The translations under genes were made by a program, and so were the position numbers. A model generated the notes under the pieces. It made no database searches. It saw only the letters and a list, made by a program, of their open reading frames with translations, and was not told the DNA's origin. Source: Piromyces finnis finn (lineage: Eukaryota; Fungi; Neocallimastigomycota). From it: a stretch of DNA of 18,619 nucleotides. Within the stretch, counting starts at the first letter, position 1. Each line of letters opens with the position of its first letter. Location: positions 1 through 18,619 of the forward strand of contig MCFH01000195.1 in NCBI GenBank assembly GCA_002104945.1. Direction: 5' to 3'. Positions 1-8,191 of the stretch are shown here, in pieces.

Positions 1-603
1 AAGTAATACGATCTTAACACTCTATAAATGTTATATAAACACCTTTAGCCCTTAAGACCATAATTTAATAACAAAAATCATTCATAGCTCGACAACGAAT
101 GTTGGTTTTTTGATGAAATTATCTTTGATGAAACCACGTTCATTAGAAAGCCACGAGCATGATATCTTTCCTGGTTTGCGAGATACCGTGTTTAACAATT
201 TTTATGCACAAATGATTATTGATAATTCAGAGAATGATCACTTCTGATGTATCACTCATAAATCATTCTGTAAAACTAAATTATCTTTTCCAATTTAATC
301 CTCGGGAAGATAATAACTTCATTTTATAATAATTATTTCAATAAAATATTAAAATATTTCATAATCTTTGAATTAAAAAATATATACTATTTTTAACTAT
401 AAATAATTATTTATATAATAGTTAGTATTATTAATATTATTAATATCTAGTTAACAAATTATATTTTATTTTTATGTTTATTTAGTATTATTAAATATGT
501 TATGAAAACAAATTATGTATCGAAAGTTATTTTATTATTAAATTAAATTTTACAAAGAATATAAATAGTTTAGTTAAATTCATAAAATTAATTCTTTATA
601 AAG

Positions 604-642
<39 letters not shown>

Positions 643-730
643 TACATATTATTATTATTATTATTATTACATTATTATTATATATTATATTATTATTATA
701 TTATTATTATATTATTATTATATTATTATT
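604..730 (+). repeat. Imperfect (TTA)n microsatellite (left arm)
   Basis: Direct reading; mirrored at 8056-8191. Confidence 0.95.
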
Positions 731-835
731 TGAACATTTATGGACACATTTTTAATCTATATCAATATTTATTACACACGTGACTATTTTATAAAAACAT
801 AAACATGTATTTAAAGTTGTAAACGTAATGTCTAC

Positions 836-983
836 TGTTGTAGAGAAAGTTATTTTTATTTATTTTATTTTATTCTATGGTCACATGACCTTACATCTCA
901 TTATATAACTGTAATATTACAATGTAACTTTTCTCTTGTTAACCTTATTAATAAAATTATTTATTAATTAAATTTATTTCACA
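836..983 (+). repeat. Putative 5' LTR (~148 bp), TGTTG...TTCACA
   Basis: The 3' end (CA at 982-983) is fixed by the abutting PBS. The 5' end is inferred from copia-like TGTTG at 836, with TATATAA at 902-908 and AATAAA at 950-955. No 3' LTR is present to confirm the start. Confidence 0.55.
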
Positions 984-1003
984 GATTAAGAGTCTCAAAC
1001 TCT
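984..1003 (+). promoter_or_regulatory. Primer-binding site complementary to the anticodon arm of tRNA-Lys(CUU)
   Basis: gattaagagtctcaaactct follows the LTR CA directly. Its reverse complement AGAGtt-TGAGACTCTTAATC matches eukaryotic tRNA-Lys(CUU) ~positions 21-40 as recalled (AGAGca-TGAGACTCTTAATC). It is identical in both arms. Confidence 0.8.
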
Positions 1004-1067
1004 AATCAATAATAAAATTTCTTAAGAAAAATTTAAAGCAAAATTTTTGTGTGTTTAAAATTTTAGT

Positions 1068-2164
1068 ATGTCCCAGCAATTAATTTAGCCAATAATCAAC
1101 GTCTTCATGGAAAATCCAACTTTGACACTTGGAGTCTTTTAATCAAGTCAGCTGCTTCTAGACAGGGTCTAACTAGCTATCTTGATTATGACATTGTTGG
1201 AACCATCAAAGACGACAGCTTTAAGATAGACTTTAATCTTAAAGATGTTTACACTATGGCTATTGTAAAAATTATTGCTAACTACCGTACTAATAACTTA
1301 CTCGCGTCCGTTTACAAAACCTTCACTAAAGCTATGGGGGAGGACGCAAACCCAAGCAGCAACATTAAAACATTAATGTTGTAGCCGCCAATAAATTGGC
1401 AAACTCGCCAATTTATAAGGCCGAGATAGTATCAGCAGCTGAAAGTCTTAATGCTGATGCACACCTTATGATCATTCAAAATGTGGATGAGAAGATCCTC
1501 AGAGAGATCGGTCATAATACTAGCTGTTACCAAGTATTCAAGAAGTTGAATACAAAATACGGTAACGCTAATGCAGACATCGAATACTGGCTAAAAAAGT
1601 TAAGAAAATTACATACTGAAGATGTAAGCAAAGTCAGTAAAACCATTGATAATGTCAGGGAAATCTTCCTTGAGATGTCTGAACAAAGAATGTCCTTAAG
1701 TGAAAGGGAAAAACTAAAATATATGTACAATTCCCTTCCAAGAAGTGTCAAGAACCAAGTAAGTGTAACCTTAGATGAAACTTATGATCAGCTCTATGAG
1801 AAGGTCAAAAGTTACATCAACGCTAAATCCTACTTCGAAGATTGGACCAACAACGACCAAGATGAAGATGACGAAGTTGATGATCCAATGGATGTTGATT
1901 TTGTTAGTAGAGAAAACAAATCAACAAAGAATAAAAGCTACGGTAATAGAAGAAATATAAACAGAAGCCACCGTACCTACTGCCATATCTGCTGTGAACA
2001 TGGACACTCTACCGAAATGTGTGAATACAACCAAAAGGCCAAAATGGAAAGGACCAAAAAAAAACAACAACAGGGCCTTTAACCAAAGTAAACAAAAGAG
2101 AAATTCACAACAAGGGAGGCAAGTTCACAAAAAAAACAACAAAAGAAATTCGAACAAGAAGTAG
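1068..2164 (+). pseudogene. gag: Copia Gag (frameshifted in this arm; largest fragment ORF 1396-2082)
   Basis: N-terminal LHGKSNFDTW motif, YQVFKKLNTKYG core, PMDVD motif and CX2CX4HX4C zinc knuckle at 1981-2022. Frameshifts near 1367 and 2055 are repaired by the other arm; TAG at 2162-2164. Confidence 0.85.
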
Positions 2165-4417
2165 ATTTCGTCGAAGACTATGACGATAATGAAAATTATG
2201 GAATTAACGTAGAATTCGAAGATATCAGACCTCTGACAGAAAGAAATATCTACCTAATTGAAAAGGATGAAGTTACAGAGGAAGACACTCCTAACACAAA
2301 GGATATAGATTATGTGTATGGAGAAAATAAATACGACGAATGGTTCTATGATACTGGTGCCGCCGAACATATCGTTAATAATAAGGACATTCTAGAGAAC
2401 TTCACAGAAGAGCACATTCAACTTAGATGTGCAAATGGAACTACATGTGAATTTAGTGGTTATGGTTCATATGAGTTTAAGGTAAAAGACAAAACTTACA
2501 AGTTAGAAAAAGTTTTGTACTCAGACAAAGTTAGCAAGAATTTAATTAGTGTGTAGGACTTGCTAAAGTTGGTTTAAGAAGCATTATAGATATTACTGAT
2601 GATGGAAAAGTCAGGCTTATTTTCAAGGACTCTGAAAAAAAAATATAATGCAAACGTATTCAAATGAATTAAATCAATTTAAAATTAAGCTCATAAACAT
2701 TAATAAAAAGATAAATGAACCATTTATTGCAAACTTTGAAGATGATTTAGGTATATGGCATAAGAGATTAGGCCATTTCTACCAGAAGGATCTGAAGAAA
2801 TACCTAAAACAACATAAAATTAAAGTAACTCCTTGCCTAGACTGTAAAATATCTAAAATGAAGAAGTCTCCACATAACAAAACCGTACCCAAAGCCGGAA
2901 GAGTTCTAGAGACTATTCACTCCGATATTTCAGGCCCGTTTAATTCATCCGTCAATAATAAGAAGTATTTTATGACTATGCTGGATGAATACTCAAGAAA
3001 ACTCTGGATTTATACTCTCAAGTCAAGGTCGAGGCACCGGACATTATTATTGAATTCCTAAAGAATGCCAATAATACTTTTGACAAATATAAAGTCAAAA
3101 CATTCAAGACAGATGGTGCAAAGAGTATAATAGTAGTAAAGTTATAAAATATTGTAAGGAAAACGTATATCTAAGATAAATTCACCTCCTTACATACATG
3201 AATTAAATGGTAAAGCAGAAAGAATAAACCAAACTATTCAAAATTCTGCTAAAACGCTTTTATATTGGGCTAAATTATCTGAAGACTTTTGGAGTTTTGC
3301 TGTTAAATATTCTTGTTTATTACAACAAAATACCACACCAAGGAAACGATAACTTAATTCCTGATGAAGTGTTTTAACAGGAAGCCGATCTAAAATACCT
3401 AAAGGTATTTGGATGCATATGCTACTTTAAGGACTATTCTCTTAAAAAGTCAAAATTTGCGCCTAACTCGAAGGAAGGAATATTTCTTGGGTTCAGTGAA
3501 GCACATCACTCATATATCGTCATGGAGATATGTGGTGATAAACTTAAAATCCACTATTCTAGGGAAATAGAATGCTGTGAAGATAAGCCGGCACATTATA
3601 ATTATAAAAATAAAAATATAAACGACCGTATTTCTCTTTAATGATTCATATAATATCAATAATTACGACAGAAAGGACCCCTCAGAATCATCAAAGAACA
3701 ACAACAATACGGATACAAATTCAATCATAAATAAAGAAAATAATAACACAGAAAGGACTACTTCCAAGAAAATGGTGAATATCCACTCCAATAATAATGA
3801 TGAAGAAGAAATAGAAAAAGAAGAAATAGAAAAAGAAGAAGTAGAAGAAGAAATGGTTGAAGAAGGTAATAACAACAATATGGACGAGGACCCAGCTTAT
3901 GAAAATACCAAATATAAAGACGGAGAAATAACTACCAAAGAAAAAGAAGAAAACTAATATAAAGACTAATATTAATTCCAAAATTGAAGAAAATTCAAAA
4001 AAACAATTTAAACAGCAATTTAAAAAGCGACACTCAAACCAAAACAAAAATAATAATTCAAATTCGAAATTTAATAAAAATAAATTTACAAATGACATTT
4101 TAAAAGTTTTAGAAGAAATTGCAAATGACAATTGCAATTTCGAAAAGAAAAATTACAAAATCTCTAAATATATTGACGAAAATAATAAATACCAATATCC
4201 TGTAACTCCTGGTCCGTATTACGTTTGTTCTGGTAATACTCTTGCCGACAAAAACAAAAATGAAATCATTAAAAATCCTGAATATTATAAAAATTCTCCT
4301 ACTGAATATTTACCACCGAAAATATTTCCTATACCAAATACTGAAAATACTACTGGAAAATATACATACTCTGAAATACATTTGATATCAATAATGTATG
4401 AATGAAAAATTTTTATT
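2130..4417 (+). pseudogene. pol: Copia Pol: aspartic protease, GAG-pre-integrase/HHCC, DDE integrase, C-terminal linker; RT/RNase H absent
   Basis: DTG active site at 2350, NLIS motif, WHKRLGH at 2756, CLDC, and D(SDISG)-D(TDGAK)-E(GKAER) triad. Fragments appear as ORFs 2314-2556, 2648-3061 and 3772-3957. Confidence 0.9.
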
Positions 4418-6652
4418 AATAAAAATTTTTTTCACTATGATCAGTATAGGATATTCAGTAGTATTTTCACCAGTTTTTTGGTATAGGAAATATTTTCGGT
4501 GGTAGAATATTCAGTAGGAGAATTTTTATAATATTCAGGATTTTTAATGATTTCATTTTTGTTTTTGTCGGCAAGATATTACCAAACAAACTAATCAGGA
4601 CCAGGAGTTACAGGATATTGGTATTTATTATTTTCGTCAATATTATTAGAAATTTTGTAATTTTTCTTTTCGAAATTGCAATTTCATTTGCAATTTCTTC
4701 TAAAACTTTTAAAATGTCATTTGTAAATTTATTTTTATTAAATTTCGAATTTGAATTATTATTTTGTTATTGGTTTGAGTGTCGCTTTTTAAATTACTGT
4801 TTAAATTGTTTTTTGAATTTTTTAATTTTGGAATTAATATTAGTCCTTATATTAGTTTCTTCTTTTTCTTTGGTAGTTATCTCTCGTCTTTATATTTGGT
4901 ATTTTCATAAGCTGGGTCCTCGTCCATATTGTTGTTATTACCTTCTTCAACCATTTCTTCTTCTACTTCTTTTTTTCTTTCTTCTTTTCTATTCTTCATC
5001 ATTATTATTGGAGTGGATATTCACCATTTTCTTGGAAGTAGTCCTTTCTGTTTATATTTTCTTTATTTATGATTAATTTGTATCCGTATTGTTGTTGTTC
5101 TTTGATGATTCTGAGGGGTCCTTTCTGTCGTAATTATTGATATTATATGAATCATTAAAGAGAAATACGGATCGTTTATATTTTTATTTTATAATTATAA
5201 TGTGCCGGCTTATCTTCACAGCATTCTATTTCCCTAGAATATGGATTTTAAGTTTATCACCACATATCTCCATGACTATATGAGTGATGTGCTTCACTGA
5301 ACCCAAGAAATATTCCTTCCTTCGAGTTAGGCGCAAATTTTGACTTTTTAAGAGAATAGTCCTTAAAGTAGCATATGCATCCAAATACCTTTAGGTATTT
5401 TAGATCGGCTTCCTCGTTCGTAAAACCTCATCAGGAATTAAGTTATCGTTTCCTTGTGGTATTTTGTTGTAAATATAACAAGAATATTTAACAGCAAAAC
5501 TCCAAAAGTCTTCAGATAATTTAGCCCAATATAAAAGCTTTTAGCAGAATTTTGAATAGTTTGTTTATTCTTTTGCTTTACCATTTAATTCATGTATGTA
5601 AGGAGGTAATTTATCTTAGATATACCGTTTCCTTACAATATTTTAAACTTTACTACTATTATACTTTTTGCACCACTGTCTTGAATGTTTTGACTTTATA
5701 TTTGTCAAAAGTATTATTGGCATTCTTTAGGAATTCAATAATAATGTCCGGTGCCTCAGACCTTGACTTGAGAGTATAAATCCAGATTTTCTTAGTATTC
5801 ATCCAGCATAGTCATAAAATACTTCTTATTATTGACGGATGAATTAAAGGGCCTGAAATATCGGAGTGAATATTCTCTAGAACTCTTCCGGCTTTGGGTA
5901 CGGTTTTGTTATGTGGAGACTTCTTCATTTTAGATATTTTACAGTCTAGGCAAGGAGTTACTTTAATTTTATGTTGTTTAGGTATTTCTTCAGATCCTTC
6001 TGGTAGAAATGGCCTAATCTCTTATGCCATATACCAAATCATCTTCAAAGTTTGCAATAAAGGTTCATTTATTTTTATTAATGTTTATGAGCTTAATTTT
6101 AAATTGATTTAATTCATTTGAATACGTTTGCATTATATTTTTATTTTCAGAGTCCTTGAAAATAAGCCTGACTTTTCCATCATCAGTAATATCTATAATG
6201 CTTCTTAAACCAACTTTAGCAAGTCCTACACCACTAATTAAATTCTTGCTAACTTTGTCTGAGTACAAAACTTTTTCTAACTTGTAAGTTTTGTCTTTTA
6301 CCTTAAACTCATATGAACCATAACCACTAAATTCACATGTAGTTCCATTTGCACATCTAAGTTGAATGTGCTCTTCTGTGAAGTTCTCTAGAATGTCCTT
6401 ATTATTAACGATATGTTCGGCGGCACCAGTATCATAGAACCATTCGTCGTATTTATTTTCTCCATACACATAATCTATATCCTTTGTGTTAGGAGTGTCT
6501 TCCTCTGTAACTTCATCCTTTTCAATTAGGTAGATATTTCTTTCTGTCAGAGGTCTGATATCTTCGAATTCTACGTTAATTCCATAATTTTCATTATCGT
6601 CATAGTCTTCGACGAAATCTACTTCTTGTTCGAATTTCTTTTGTTGTTTTTT
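4418..6652 (-). pseudogene. pol: Copia Pol (protease + integrase + linker), frameshifted in this arm
   Basis: Frame is open from 6652 through WFYDTGAAEH to 6065. Integrase motifs are recoverable across 1-nt indels between 6060 and 5200. Confidence 0.9.
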
Positions 6653-7711
6653 CTTGTGAACTTGCCTCCCTTGTTGTAATTTCTCTTTTGTTTACTTTGG
6701 TTAAAGGCCCTGTTGTTGTTTTTTCTTTGGTCCCTTTCCATTTTGGCCTTTTGGTTGTATTCACACATTTCGGTAGAGTGTCCATGTTCACAGCAGATAG
6801 CAGTAGGTACGGTGGTTCTGTTTATATTTCTTCTATTACCGTAGCTTTTATTCTTTGTTGATTTGTTTTCTCTACTAACAAAATCAACATCCATTGGATC
6901 ATCAACTTCGTCATCTTCATCTTGGTCGTTGTTGGTCCAATCTTCGAAGTAGGATTTAGCGTTGATGTAACTTTTGACCTTCTCATAGAGCTGATCATAA
7001 GTTTCATCTAAGTTACACTTACTTGGTTCTTGACACTTCTTGGAAGGGAATTGTACATATATTTTAGTTTTTCCCTTTCACTTAAGGACTTCTTTGTTCA
7101 GACATCTCAAGGAAGATTTCCCTGACATTATCAATGGTTTTACTGACTTTGCTTACATCTTCAGTATGTAATTTTCTTAACTTTTTTAGCCAGTATTCGA
7201 TGTCTGCATTAGCGTTACCGTATTTTGTATTCAACTTCTTGAATACTTGGTAACAGCTAGTATTATGACCGATCTCTCTGAGGATCTTCTCATCCACATT
7301 TTGAATGATCATAAGGTGTGCATCAGCATTAAGACTTTCAGCTGCTGATACTATCTCGGCCTTATAAATTGGCGAGTTTGCCAATTTATTGGCGGCTACA
7401 ACATTAATGTTATTAATGTTGCTGCTTGGGTTTGCGTCCTCCCCCATAGCTTTAGTGAAGGTTTGTAAACGGACGCGAGTAAGTTATTAGTACGTAGTTA
7501 GCAATAATTTTTACAATAGCCATAGTGTAAACATCTTTAAGATTAAAGTCTATCTTAAAGCTGTCGTCTTTGATGGTTCCAACAATGTCATAATCAAGAT
7601 AGCTAGTTAGACCCTGTCTAGAAGCAGCTGACTTGATTAAAAGACTCCAAGTGTCAAAGTTGGATTTTCCATGAAGACGTTGATTATTGGCTAAATTAAT
7701 TGCTGGGACAT
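6619..7711 (-). pseudogene. gag: Copia Gag, frameshifted in this arm
   Basis: ATG at 7711; ORFs 7082-7447 and 6619-6894, the latter ending ...NKGGKFTRKNNKRNSNKK*. Confidence 0.85.
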
Positions 7712-7775
7712 ACTAAAATTTTAAACACACAAAAATTTTGCTTTAAATTTTTCTTAAGAAATTTTATTATTGATT

Positions 7776-7795
7776 AGAGTTTGAGACTCTTAATC
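7776..7795 (-). promoter_or_regulatory. PBS (tRNA-Lys(CUU) anticodon arm), right-arm copy
   Basis: The + strand reads agagtttgagactcttaatc immediately next to tg (the LTR CA on the minus strand). Confidence 0.8.
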
Positions 7796-7942
7796 TGTGA
7801 AATAAATTTATAATAAATAATTTATTAATAAGTTAACAAAGAGGAAAAGTTACATTGTAAATATACAGTTATATAATGAGATGTAAGGTCATGTGACCAT
7901 AGAAAAAAAATAAAATAAATAAAAATAACTTTCTCTACAACA
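7796..7942 (-). repeat. Putative 5' LTR, right-arm copy
   Basis: Mirror of 836-983; caaca at 7938-7942 and tgtga at 7796-7800. Confidence 0.55.
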
Positions 7943-8055
7943 CGTAGACATTACGTTTACAAGACTTTAAACATGTGTTTATGTTTTTATAAAATAGTCA
8001 CGTGTGTAATAAATATATATTAGTATAAATAAAATTATGGTCCATAAATGTTCAC

Positions 8056-8073
8056 AATAATAAATAATAATAA

Positions 8074-8112
<39 letters not shown>

Positions 8113-8191
8113 TAAAAATATAATAATAATAATAATAATAATATATAATAATAATAATAAATAATAATAAATAATAATATATAATAATAAT
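8056..8191 (+). repeat. Imperfect (TAA)n microsatellite (right arm)
   Basis: Direct reading; mirror of 604-730. Confidence 0.95.

Larger units (their letters stand above)
836..4417 (+). mobile_element. Ty1/copia LTR retrotransposon, 5' half (LTR-PBS-gag-PR-IN-linker), truncated at the palindrome centre; left-arm copy
   Basis: Protease-then-integrase order with no intervening RT, plus copia-type motifs: LHGKSNFDTW, CHICCEHGHSTEMC, WFYDTGAAEH, WHKRLGH, HSDISGP, KTDGAKEY, NGKAER, LKVFGC, GIFLGFSE. Confidence 0.95.
4418..7942 (-). mobile_element. Ty1/copia LTR retrotransposon, 5' half; right-arm copy (contiguous with unique flank, probably the real locus)
   Basis: Reverse complement of 836-4417. 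Minus-strand ORFs 7082-7447, 6619-6894 and 6065-6469 encode Gag and protease pieces. Confidence 0.95.

Noticed and set aside
3663-5076. Hydrophobic ORFs 3663-3878(-), 3721-4137(-), 4618-5076(+) as membrane proteins or env
   Set aside because: Antisense shadows of the A-rich E/K/N linker; Phe/Leu/Ser richness is the expected complement.
1527-7007. ORFs 1527-1751(-), 1775-1960(+), 5552-5779(+), 5894-6112(+), 6600-6791(-), 6822-7007(-) as independent genes
   Set aside because: Antisense or alternative-frame readings of gag/pol with no recognisable motifs.
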